Positions 14,585 to 26,917 of a DNA stretch of 64,000 bases are shown here, piece by piece (position 1 is the stretch's first letter; every line of letters begins with the position of its first letter). Below the pieces are notes generated by a model, which was not told the origin of the DNA, did not search any database, and was given only the letters and a program-made list of their open reading frames with translations. The DNA comes from Chiloscyllium plagiosum (taxonomy: Eukaryota), in contig NC_057718.1 in NCBI RefSeq assembly GCF_004010195.1, forward strand, positions 38,273,191 to 38,337,190, given 5' to 3'. Made by a program: the position numbers and the translations under genes.

Positions 14585-15639
14585 CATTTCTCCTGAATGA
14601 TTGGCTCTAATTCTTAGATGATTACCCCTAGTTCTAGAATCTCCAACCAGTGGAAATAGTTTATCTCTATTTTCCCTGTCTTTTCCTATTAATACCCTAA
14701 AGACTTTGATCATATCAAATTTGCGGATGACATAATGGAGAACAGAGGCCTAATTTATATAATCTCCCCTCACAAATTAACCCCTGAAGTCCAGGTACAC
14801 TTTTAGAAACCCCGCAAGGTTGATATATCCTTCCGAAGGTGTGCTTCCCATATCTACTCTCAGTACTCCAAATGGGGTCCAACCCACTGCAACATAACTT
14901 CTGCTTAGTAATGTTCCAGTTCTCTATATATAAAGGCAAGTAGTCCATTAGCCTTGTTATTTTCTACACCTGTTTGTGGTATTTTAAAGATTTATGCACC
15001 TGAATCTCCAAGTCTCTTCAGTACGACAAATTTGTAAGAGCAATGGGGTAGTAAGAAAAATGATGAGAGGGGTTGAGGGGAGTGAAACAGGGATATACGA
15101 GGAGTAGAGGATTGGGAGTTATGAAGAACAGAAAGCAAGAAGAGATAGAAGCTGTTGAAATTAGGAAATAAACCTTGAGAAAATTTTGCTGTAATGAATC
15201 CTAAGGTATTGCAAATTGTAAATAAAAGGCTTATTTTCCATAGACAGGCGTCATGGTCCATGTCAGTAGAATACTTGGCTCATGAGGACTTTGAAGTATC
15301 AGCACTGTTATGTGGAATGTATTTGTATTCATCAGTAAAGATGCGAAGAGCAGGACACAAATGTAACATAGGTATTTGATTCGAGTACAGAAAACCTTTT
15401 TTATGAGAGTCATCAAAGGTACAAAAAGCTACTGTAATACAAGTGGTGTAGTTGGAAATCTATTCAAGAAGTGGAGGAAGAAATGAGAGTAGAAGTGGAA
15501 TTGAAAATTTTTAAAAAGCAAGCAGGCATTGAGAGTTTGCCTGGGAGTCCAAAATAAGAGAATAGTCATGGTGGTGGAGGCCCTCAAAGATGAGGATTGT
15601 GAAATCTCATTTCTTTGGAAAAAAAGCAGAGCAGAATAG

Positions 15640-16485
15640 GTTGATTTGATTTATTGTTGTCAAATATACCAAGGTACAGTAAAAAGTATTGATTACGTGC
15701 TAGCCAGACAAATGATACCTACGTAAGTACATCAGGGTAATAGAACAGAATGCAGAATATCGTGTTACAGCTACAAAGAAGGTGCAGAGAAAGATCAACT
15801 TTAATATCTGAGAGGTGTGTTCATAAGTTGAAAAATGTGGTGGTGGAAAAACACAGCAGGCCAGGCAGCATCCGAGGAGCAGGAGAATCGATGTTTCGAG
15901 CATAAGCCCTTCTTCAGGAAAAGGTGTGTTCATAGGTCTTGTAACAGTGGACAATCTTGTTGCTATGTATTTTTAAACTTTTGTATCTTCTGTCGGGTGG
16001 GCGGGATCTTTGATTACATTGGCTGCATCCCTGAGGCATTGGTAAGTGTAGATGGAGTCAAAGGAAGAAAAGGCTGGTTTCATGATGGACTGGGTTGCAT
16101 TTGAAATTCTCCAATTTCTTGTGGTCATGGGCAGAGCAGTTGCCATATCAAGCTGTGATGAATTTGGATAGGATGCCTTCTGTGGTGTATCCATAAAAAT
16201 TGGTGAGAGTTGTTGTGGACATGCCAAATTTCCTTAGCCTTCTGAGGAAATAGAGAAATTGCTGTGCTTTCTTGACTGGAGTGTCGTTGTGGATGGACCA
16301 GGACAGATTGTTGGTGTATTTACTTCTCAGAACTTGAAATTCTCACCGACCATCATTGATAGGGACAGGGGCGTGACCTCTACTCAGCTTCCTGAATTTG
16401 ATGGCAACTCCTTCGTTTTGCTGAAATTGAGGGAGAGATTGTCTTTACATTATGCCACTAAGTTGTCTTTCTCTTTCCTATACTA
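15640..16485 (-). mobile_element. Rex1/Babar-like non-LTR 3' remnant
   Basis: QSIMKPAFSSFDSIYTYQCLRDAANVIKDPAHP resembles the Rex1 C-terminus. (tcaaa)n-type tail. Confidence 0.6.
15826..15921 (-). mobile_element. 96-bp PLE terminal unit with HHR motif, inserted in a Rex1-like LINE
   Basis: 13-bp TSD aggtgtgttcata at 15813-15825 and 15922-15934. Contains CTGAAGA-AGGGCTTATGCTC-GAAACATC. Confidence 0.85.
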
Positions 16486-16729
16486 GAGAATTGGGTGTTC
16501 AAACAGATCCATAATGGAGGACTTCAGAGTAGGCACAGAAATTAACACAAGTATAAATAACAAGGCCAAAGAAGCATATGGGATGTGGTTGTTGGAGAGT
16601 TGCATGGTTTGGGCCTATTCTAGTTTGACCTCATCAGGTTTCTGAAATTTTCTGACTAAGTTTTTGAAAAATTGCTTTTATTAAGTGCCTTCAACATAAT
16701 AAAATATCCTAGTTTAGTTATAGGAGTAT

Positions 16730-17160
16730 AGTAAGGCAAAACTGGATGCTAAAATATGGAAGATAATATCAAGGCAAGTTGCAAAAACTTGATTGAAGAG
16801 GTAGATTTTTAACATCTTAGAAGACTTGAGAAAACTGGAGAGGTTTAAGGAGGCGGTTCCAGAGCTTGGGCCTAAACAACTGAAGGCATGGTCTGGAAAT
16901 GCACAAGAAGCCAAGATTAGAGGAACACTGATATCTTGGCGAGTTGTGGGGTGAGACGATACTCCAGAGATAGGGAGCCCATTGAAGGATTTGAAAACAA
17001 GAAAGGAAAATTGAATTGGGATATTGCTTAATGGGAGTCTGTGAAGATCACCAGAGTGCGAGAATTGTAGGTCAACAGACAGCAGAGTTTTAGATGACCT
17101 CGATCTTACAGAAGGTGTGATGTGGGAGGTCAGCCAGGAGTGCGTTGGAATTGTCAGATA
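16730..17160 (-). mobile_element. L2-like LINE 3' remnant
   Basis: IQFSFLVFKSFNGL...HAFSCLGP...LKIYLFNQVF resembles the L2 ORF2 end. Confidence 0.6.
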
Positions 17161-18009
17161 TATACCTTTAACCAAGGGTTGTGGACTGTAATTGGAAATC
17201 TTTTTGAGCAAAAGGAAGAGAGAGTAAATGGCAAAAAAGGTGGTGGACATATGAGGTATGATACTGTGAGTTTGCCTTTGATAGCAGGATGGTCAATTAC
17301 TGCCACCTAGTGATAGGAGGCTATTTATTGTTGGGGCCACATCATCTTTATTTTGGACTGTGGAATAAAAGCGGAAGACCCTGTTTTAAACCAAGGAGAC
17401 TGTGCAAAGAGATGGCCTGCTGATTTAAATATTATGTTCATTGGAGCCAACAGAGAATTGTATGCAATGTCGTTTTCCTTTGGAACGATGAGAACAAAAA
17501 AACAGACAGCACGGGCCAATGGATTATGAACCAAGGGACGGTTGCCTGACAACCATGTTGTGATTGGTTCCAGTCTAGGTGCTGAAGGCTTGTCTGGAAA
17601 TGCACAAGAGCAGTGCAGCAGAGAACCAATCTTTGCTAGCCTGCAAAGAGAAAGCATCAAAAGTCTCTCTCGCATGCTCGCGCTCTAGTTCTTGCTGTCG
17701 TATTCTGTCTCCCCACTCTGATGAAGTCCCAGAAAGGAGTCATATCTGGATGTCTTCCACTTGCTGTTCTTTGCAAATCCCCTTTTGAAGGAGGAATAAA
17801 ACACGTTTCAAGAGAGTGTACAGACTGATTGTCACCAGTGAATGAAAGAGAGCATTGTGAAAACAATGTTTTATTAGCAGTAAAAAAAACCTTCAAAAAT
17901 TAAATGAAAACAAGTTTAAAAAAAACAACTCATTGAATTGTAATCCAAGCTGGTGCTATCAAACTGCGTTTCTCTTATTTTCTCTCACTTTTGATATCCA
18001 TATTTTAGA

Positions 18010-18505
18010 GTTTTTGCGAAGGTTTGTAGCTCACATTGTGGATGAGGTCGTAGATTCGTTTGCTGAGCTGGTGTGATTTTGCTGCAGACGTTTCGCCGCC
18101 TCACTAGGTGACATCGTCAATGTGTCCTTGATATACTGTTGGTGGTCTCTTCCACCTGGTATTTATGTGTCTCTGTTTTTTTGGTACTTCCGATTCTGTA
18201 TCTGAGTGGTTTGTATTTGGGGTTTGCTGATTATTGAATTCCGGTTGGAGTGCCAGGCTTTAAGGAATTCTCTCCCATGTCCCTGTTTAGCCTGTGCCAA
18301 TATGGTTACATTGTCCCAGTTGAATTTGTGCCTTTCGTTGTCTGTGTGGTTGGAAATGAGAGAGGACTGGTCGTGTCTGGCAGTGGTGAGATGATGTTCG
18401 TGTACACATGTGGTCAGTTTGCTTCCTGTTTCTTCTATGTGGTATTTTTTCACAGTCTTTGCAGGGTATCTTGTAGATAATGTTAGTCTTGTTGGATGTG
18501 CTGAC
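18010..18505 (-). mobile_element. Penelope-like element remnant related to the 28-kb family
   Basis: NIIYKIPCKDCEK / ETGSKL...HEH...FNWDNVTILAQAK...REFLKAWHS (GIY-YIG). HHR-like TTGACGA-T-GTCACCTAGTGAGGCGGC-GAAACGTC-TGC at 18084-18123, with the first core C mutated. Confidence 0.85.
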
Positions 18506-21500
18506 CTTTTTTTTTGTTGCTGTTGTCAATCCATACAACATGATTGGATGGTTCAATACAGTATGTGTATAATCCCTCTTCACAGCTATAATTTATTCTT
18601 TTAACCAATACTGCTCCATCCCCACCTTTTTAACCTTTTCTCCTAGCTGAAATGTGTCTGTCTAGAAATGTTGAGTTGCTATTCTTGCCCCTCTTGAAGC
18701 CAAATTCCCATTGCATCAGTTCTTCCTTAGAGATCTGAAGCTGTTCTCGACAACCTCCAAGCCCATAATGACATCATCATAGTGATACTAAAGACAAAGC
18801 ATAGCATTAACCCTTTCAGGTCCTTATACAACACCCATGGCCTGTGTAGGACTTTGTCACATTCCAAGGTCCAAAGCAAGTGGTCACATTCAAGTTTGGG
18901 CAAGTGGTGTAAAGGATCAATGCTATTAAATGGGAATTCCAGGATTTTGACCCAGCAGCAGTGAAGGAATGACAATATATTTCCATGTCAGGATCATGCG
19001 TGGCTTGGAAGGGAACTTGTAGATGGTGGTTTTCCCAAGTACATGTTGCCTTTATCCTACTGGATGGGAGTGGGTTTCGAACGTGCTGTTGAAGGATCTT
19101 TGGTGAATTTCAGCACCAAAGATAGTACTGTACACACTGCATGACTAATTGCAAATCCAGTGGTTGTAAGAATCACAGTTTGTGTCTTTGGCAGTTTGAT
19201 ATACGAATATGTGCACCCAATATTGTATATACGTGAATATGCAAATTCAGTTGGGCAATTCAGTTTTTGTGGACCTGGTTCTTAATGAAAATAATTCACG
19301 TTCATGCAAATTGGTCAACTCTTAGTATTTTATGTTCACTCACTTTTTACGTCACCGAATTGTCAACAACCTTCATGCTGCTGAATCAGTGTAATATTGT
19401 TTGTACTGCAAAGAAAGATTTGTCTGGTGTAACATGGAAGTTTAATTGTTTGTAAGTCATTCTTTCCCTATTTTGTGTGTATTGGCATGCAGACATGTAC
19501 ACTAAATGAGAATTTATAAAGTCACACAGTTGATCGTATCGAAAGTTTCTGTCACAGTGATTGGAGTTTTGATAAACTAAGAAATGAAACAATCCTAGTT
19601 ATGATGTCTATAAATAACATCCCAGTGCTGTCTTTGAATAATCGAATACTGAACCTCTGCTGAAGGTAATTAGGAAGTTTTTGTAAATTTTGTCTTCAGA
19701 CAAGAGGCATTATTATTATCCAATTAATATCTTCACTTCTCAGTGGATTGTCCATATGCAAATTATTTGTCCAAAAATTGTCCAAAGCAGGTGTTATGGT
19801 ATGGTGAAGCTAAAAGTAAATGTACATTATTGCTGCCTGTTATTGTCTGAGCTATTCATTTAATTTTAACCACTGTAACATGTTCTGAAATGCTGACTTG
19901 ACCATTTAAAAGATTTTCATGTTGTTTATTATCCATGTACCTTTGCTAGCAACTGATCTAGCGTTTGGAACATTTTTGTATGTGACATAATGGCAGACCA
20001 GGAAAGTAAACAAGCTCTGTGAATTTTATTACAGGCAATGATAGCTCTTAAATGTGAGGTAAATGCCAAGCAGCATCCCCGCGGTACTGAAGAACATCCA
20101 TCTGCTTTTCATCATCTTTGCCAGCCGAGTGGGGCATGAAAGTCACTCCAGTTAGTAAGTAATTTGCATGGTATCACTGGATGACGCATTCTACAAAGAT
20201 TTGTTTATATTCATGAAAATAAATACTTTATTTAAAAAAATGACTTTCACTATCTTAGCAGAGTAAGAACAGGATTGTATACATGGCAATTTTTCCATCT
20301 TGCTATATTCATTTTTACCATTATGTTGTACTCATTGTGTTTTAAGTACTGCAGATTTCTTTTTTGAATCTTGAAATCTGTTCAAGGTAAACTGTAACCA
20401 TATAGTTGTCCATTTTAAGTTTTGTAAAATTTAATTTAATATAAATAAAACAAAGGGATGAGCAGGTTGAGCTTGCTATTATACTTTGTTAATTCCTGCG
20501 CTGTAATCATTCATCTAGTTGAAGCTGTTGAGATCATATAGGAGGAGAGATGAGCTAATGCTGAGTACGTTAATATAATAGATTGTAGAGAGTTTCTGGT
20601 GTGTTCAATGGGCTTTTCTCATTGTTAGATTTCTGGCTGAATCGGACTTGGCTAGCTGTTATTTCCCTTGATGAAGAAGGCTACTGAACTGCCTCAGAAC
20701 CTTAGTCTGCATTTCAGTGATGTCACAAAACCCTGACTCTTGTTCTGTGATCTAGCGCAGTTAATATTTTTTACTAGAACAGCAGGTGGTCAGTCACTAT
20801 TTTTTGTGCTCTTTATTGTAAATGAATGGTGCAAGCTGTTTTTATATGTGTTCGCAAGCGCTCTATGCGCTTTTACCCTGGATGTTGCAGTTGTTTGAAA
20901 TTGGAAACAGTGTGGTGCCCTCCAGAGGCATTCAGGGACATGTACAAAAGCTTTGTTGTTAACCAATCAGATTGAACCATTCTTCCTGATATACTCACTG
21001 TCTCACATAGGAACTACTAATTAACATTGTTGATTCAATGCCGAATTATGTACCGAAAGTGAAATACAAGAAAGAGAATAGGTACAGAAAGAAGAAGTCA
21101 AGAAAATTTGTTTTAAGGAAATCTCCAATAACAATTTAACTGTCAGGAGAGGTTGTGCAATCTTAAAAGTTTATTTTCAGGGAGATTTTATAGCACTTTA
21201 CTAATGACTTTTTATTTTCCCTGGCCCACATGATGGCATCTGTGACGTTTGAGCTGAAGTTTCATGCCACCGCATTTCTTTGTGTCTAGTTTCTTGGTGA
21301 GGGATCAGTGCAGTGAAGTTTGTCAGGGAGTGTCTGCAACTTACCGATTTCAGAGATTTAATTATGAATATGTAGAAACTAGAAATTGATATCCAATTTA
21401 TTCTACAACAGTGGTGTGTTGATAGCCTGGTCGCTATTTCTACTGCAAACTGAAACCATTGTTTCTTTCAGCAATTGTTTAAATAATTTAAACTGAAATA

Positions 21501-22399
21501 AACTGTAATAAATTGTAATAATTTAAAGCAGTGCGCTAACAGAATCTATGATTGTCTCAAAAACATTCAGTTCATAAAGGTTTGGCTGGATTTGACTGCA
21601 GTATACCATCAGTTTATTCATAGAGATTTGTTGAAGTACCTAACATTTGCAAGTGCACTATGTGGGCCAGGTGGCTAGGTGCCAGTATTTCACCTCTGAG
21701 ATTTAGGTGCAAACTGATCTGGTCAATGAAATGCAAGTGCTCACAGTGTGCTGTTTAGAATGACTTAAACAAATGGTTTAGCAAGTCTCACACTAGTTGA
21801 TATTGTGTAAGGTCTGATAATCATAACATTTGTACAAATTAGCAATCACCATATAATAACTGATATTGGAAATAGTAAGCATGTCTCATGAGTGCTGTAC
21901 AGATGCTGTTAGAAAACTTGGGCTGAGGTGTATTATTGGAATAAAGTAGACGTAGTTCGACTCTGCTTCTGGCTATGCTGTACCTGATCTGGGTATCTGA
22001 AAAACGTTGACTGCCACCACTCAATAGCATGAACGATCTTTGCCTTAATGAATAGAAAAATGTTACAAGTTAAGCTTGATGTCACCTCCTGACCTTTATT
22101 TCATTCATATTACAGGTATATTGATGGTTTACTTAATTGGGCAACTTTGAGATGTGTCGTGGAAATTTTTACCAAGATATGATGCTTCAATCAAGATTCA
22201 TTTTGACTCGAGGACAAGATCCTGCATTGACCACTTGAAATAGAAGGAAAATTGTACTAAAAATTTGAAATCCACTGTGGCTTAAAGAAAAACTTGCTCA
22301 GGGACTTGTGGATTCAAAACTTCTTTTTGCTATTTCTAAGTTTTGTTACGGGCCTGGAAGTTATATTGTGGTTTAAAGATTGAATTGCCTTAAGAACAA

Positions 22400-23809
22400 A
22401 TGATGGGAGACCAACCCTTGTACAAGACAAATCATGCTGTGAACAACACAGAAAATTTGTATTATCCACAACAGCCACAGTCCAGCCCTCTGACCAACAT
22501 GAGTGGTAATATGAATCATAGCTATGGATCTACAGGCATGGATACATCTCAGACTTCTCCACCTTCTCCACATTTTCCCCCACGTTCAAGGGAAGCTGCA
22601 GTAGCAGGAACGATGCCAGTTGTTACGAAAAGCCTTAGGATAGAGCCATCTCATCCAAACAATTGGCCTCATTCTAATGCTGGCAATCATGTGCAAATGC
22701 AGAATGACATTAATAATTCCTCTATGATATGGACGTCCAATGCTCAGACTGATGTTCCAGATGGATATTCTTATGTGTATTCATCTTCAGCCAATGACAC
22801 CACCTCTCAGAAGTTGACGAGTGATGTCTTGCACAAGTTGGACTCCTTCACGCAGGTTTTTTCAAATCAGAACCTCCGAATGCAACAGGCTAATAATGTA
22901 GCATCGAGCCAACCAAGTCAGACTGCCATGGTTGAGAATGCGCGTGACAGCACACTTCGGCAACTGCTGTCCCAAAAACCTCCAGCTGAACAACAAGCTG
23001 CTGTTCATCCAATGCAGAGATTCCAACATTCCTTAACACAGCAAATGCATTGTGGGTTTCCAGTTGCACAATCAAAGCAGCAGTTACAAGCTATCCAGTA
23101 TCAGCAGCAGCAGCAACAGCAGATGTATTTTGAGTACCAGCAATTGCCGCAAATGCCTCAACACCAGCCGTTGTTGCAACACCAGCAATCGCATGTTCAA
23201 CAGCTGCAGGCTCAACAAGTGTTGTCTCAGCAGATTCAGCAACTCCCACAACAACAATATTTTGTACATCAGCAATCACAACAACACAGTTCAGTGCAGC
23301 AGCAGCAGCAATGCCACATGCATTCAGTTCCATTCTGTCAATCGCAGCAGATTCTGTGTCAGTTGCAGCAACCCATGCAGCCACAGATGCAGCCACCGCC
23401 ACCATATCATGGAGACCAAAATCACAAGACCATGCAGCAGCCGCGTCAGTACTCTCAAGAACAATCCCACCCATCTCAGCATATACAGATGGCTGCACCC
23501 TCTCAGTATTTCTACCAAGATCAGCCGCACTATAGGCAAATGTACCAGCAAAATCAATTGCATCAGCAACAAGAAGAAGCTATGCAACAGAAACCATTTT
23601 GTGCAGAAAGTAGAATTCAGGCTTCTCTTGCCCATCATACAAGCATCCCTGCTTCAGAAGGTGCAGAGGAAGTTACAAGGAAGGAACTAAATAAAATGGT
23701 TCATCCTGGGGGTCTTGTGGTACCCCAAAGACCTCTCATAGCACCATCTAATATTCCTCATTCAGTCAAGGTATCTCAGCAGCAATCTCATAATTATACT
23801 TGGTCTCAG
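22400..23809 (+). CDS. TRERF1: TRERF1 first coding exon (Q-rich N-terminal region, 470 codons)
   Basis: MMGDQPLYKTNH...[24 protein letters not shown]...LRQLLSQKP closely resembles the remembered human TRERF1 N-terminus (MGDQQLYKTNH...[24 protein letters not shown]). Ends TGG TCT CAG|GTAAAA (phase 0). Probable acceptor ttcatattacag at 22115, giving 5'UTR 22116-22399. Confidence 0.95.
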
Positions 23810-23909
23810 GTAAAATTCCCAGATGGGACTTGAATTAAAATTTTGTCTGAAAAAGTTTGCTGATTTATTTCACTAACCTGTAAATTGTTCTGAATATGTA
23901 GTCGGGTGC

Positions 23910-24600
23910 AGAGTCATAAAATCATTCGGCACGGAAACAGACCCTTCGTCCAACCGGTTCATGCTGACCATAATCCCAAACTAAATAGTCCCACTTGCCT
24001 GCGCTTGGCCCAAATCACTCCAACCACTTATTCATGTATTTATCTAAATGTTTTTTAAACAATATAACCATACCTGCACCCACTACTTCTTCTGGAAATC
24101 CATTTCACAACGAACCACTGTCTGCTGAAGAAAATTTCCCCTCATGTCTTTTTCAAATCTTTCTCTTACCTTAAAAATACGCTCCCTAGTTTTGAAATCC
24201 CCCACTCTAGGGAAAGACACTTGTCATTCACCTTATACACCTCATGATTTTATGAATCTCTATAAGGTCATCTCAAACTCCTACACTGTAGTGAAAGAAG
24301 TCCCAGCCTATCCAGCCTCTCTTTATAACTGAAACTTTCCCTTCCCAGCAGCATCCTGGTAAATATCTCCAATTTAATATTATCCTTCCTATAACAGGGA
24401 AACCCCGAACTGGACACAGTACACCAGAAGAGGCCTCACCAAAATCCTGTACAACCTCAACATAAAGTGCCAACCCCTGTACTTAGAGGTCTGAACAATG
24501 AAGGCAAGCATACTCAATGCCTCTTAACCACCCTATCTCTGTGATGCAAACTTCAAAGAACTTCGTACCTGAACTGTTTTACAACACTACTCAAGGCCCT
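23910..24600 (-). mobile_element. CR1/HER1-like LINE 3' fragment
   Basis: Reverse complement of the family tail (ggaaacagaccctt...) plus the ORF2 end. Confidence 0.85.
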
Positions 24601-26117
24601 TCTCTTATTTGTATATCTTACATTTTACTAAACCAAACCAAAACAATACCAAATTAAACTTGTATTTAAATTTGTGTTCTAGCAGTATGAAAATATTAAA
24701 AGGATGATAACAATCATATATATTATAAATGTAGTTAAAAATTCATGTGATTATATTTCAGAAATTTGGTTCTTCTAGTCAACATTGTAAATTTTGTTGC
24801 AGATAAGATCACTTCATATTTGTATCCATAAACATTGAATTAACATAGTGCTGAGTTTTGAGATTTCTAAGAAAGCATGCAATAAGAAAATACAGTTTAT
24901 TAAATAGAACTCTTTCTGTGCACACACCGCGTACAACTCCCTAATCACAGAGTTGGCAATTTATTTAAAGTTGAAAAGATTTTTTTAACATTGATTTTCT
25001 CCTTTAATTCCAGACGTACGGCTGTAAAATGATTTATTTTCACATCATTCCTCAAATCCATATTTTCATGATTCAGCATTCACTGATGTTGCTTTGTGCG
25101 TTAGTTGCAAAATATCCTATAATTCTAGGACAGTTCAGTTATGTATTGGTAGACCATTCCTGTCTGCAATTATTATTTCAATTTTCTGTTTCGGTCCTAA
25201 TTGGTTCTTTCCTTCAGAGGTGCAGGTTCACACAATAACTAATTTTAGAAAGCATTTAACAGAGGGGTAGCAGGGGTTAGTGTTGCAGAATCTAAATTGA
25301 CAGAAAATTAAACAAGTTTCTTAGCTCCATCCTGTCCTCTTGCAATTGTGGTTTAACATGTTTGAATTGGCAGTTTTAATTTCTCCCTTCCATTTGGAAA
25401 ATCTGGATCATGTTCTAGTCTTTTTTCCCTAATGGAAATTGATTCAGTCTTGTGGACTATTTCTGAAATATTAGAGTTCCTCTAATCTGAACACTGCTTG
25501 CTTAATCCATGTCCTTTGAATTTTTTAATGTAAATTACACTGCATAGCCAATTCTGAACATAACTGTGCACTTAAGTGCATTAAACCTTCCTGTGTTATT
25601 TTTAAAACCCATGTACTTGGTTTGACCAAAGCTTTTGAACAGAATTGGTGGTCTGACTACACATGATAAACATGGCATCTTGTCTGGTTTCATATCGATT
25701 TTTCTGTATTGATTCTTTTACCTCAAGGTTTTCAGTAAATAGTGCAGTCTTTTCTCATATGTACATATGTTTGACTAATTTCTCATGGAAGTCTGATATT
25801 TTGTACTGTGGCCATGGAAATAATGCATAAATGTGGGGATACTTGAATGGGATATCAAGGCGCCAGTTAAGATTGTGGGACCAAGGACACATCACTGCAG
25901 CAGAGACTTAACCAATTATTCATTAAGACTTTATGTAGTTTGCTTACTTTTGTGTTCTGTGCCTTTAATTATAAAGCCCCAAGGATTCTACATGCTCCTC
26001 TTTAAAGAGTTTTATTAATTTGTGCTATCTTCAAAGTTGGTACTGTTCAATTTATATGATTTCACCCCTCTTTCTCATAATGCATCACTTCACACTGCAT
26101 TGCATCATATTTTATTA

Positions 26118-26347
26118 ACCGTTTTTCATGCAGAGGATGGTGCATATTTGGAATGAGCTGCCTGAGGAAGTGGTAGAGGCAGGTACAATGACAACATTTA
26201 GAAGACTTTTGGATGGGTACATGAATAGGAAAGGTTTAAAGGGATAGGACCAAACACAGGTAAATGGGACTAGTTTAGAATACCTAGTCATCATGGATGA
26301 GTTAGACCAAAGGGTCTGTTTCCATGCTACATGCCTTTATGACTCTT
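26118..26347 (+). mobile_element. CR1/HER1-like tail
   Basis: tggaatgagctgcctgaggaagtggtagaggc...gggtctgtttccatgct. Confidence 0.85.
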
Positions 26348-26917
26348 GTTACACTAGGTTATAGTCTTTCAGGTTTATTTGGAAGCACTAGCTTTCGGAG
26401 TGCTCCTCTTCAGGTAGCTTTGGAAGGGAATCATAAGACACAGAGTTCATAGCAAAAGGTTGCAGTGTCATGCAACTGAAATGATATATTGAACAAACCT
26501 AGATTGGTGTTAGGTCCTTCATATTTTAGAATGGATTGCAGGTTTCGCTTCATAAATGTTTTAATGCATTGTCTGAGCTGAAATGTCATCTTTTTTTATA
26601 AAACCTCAAGTTATCTCGAGAATATGACTTAGAAGTAGTTCTGGGATTTACATATTAATGAACCGAAACCTGCAACCCATTCTAAAAGATGAAAGACTTA
26701 ACAGCAATCCAGGTTTGTTCAATATATCATTTTAGTTGCATGACACTGTAATCTTTTGCAATAAATTCTGTGTCTTATGATCCTGTTTCAGTTACCTGAT
26801 GAAGGAGCAGCACTCCAAAAGCCAGTGCTTCCAAATAAACCCGTTGAACGATAACCTGGTATTGTGTGAATTTAAAAAAAAATTTTGTCATCCCAGTCTA
26901 ATACCGGCACCTCCACA
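26348..26917. mobile_element. Fold-back PLE-type insertion of a second family, with HHR motifs
   Basis: Arms of about 190 bp (about 26355-26548 and 26664-26858) are inverted. 12-bp TSD tttatgactctt at 26336-26347 and 26918-26929. HHR-like motif in each arm. Confidence 0.8.
26386..26416 (-). ncRNA. Minimal hammerhead motif
   Basis: UAC-CUGAAGA-[GGAG CA CUCC]-GAAA-GC-UA-GUG: core intact, palindrome AGCU, very short stem II loop. The + strand partner at 26793-26827 has GAAA->AAAA and UA->CA. Confidence 0.6.

Noticed and set aside
22890..23690. Overlapping alternative-frame and antisense ORFs
   Set aside because: By-products of stop-poor CAG/CAA-rich coding sequence.
22400..23833. 477-aa ORF as a complete single-exon protein
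   Set aside because: It reads through the donor at 23810. The tail VKFPDGT superficially recalls human MHLPDGR, but a stop follows and in-phase downstream exons exist.
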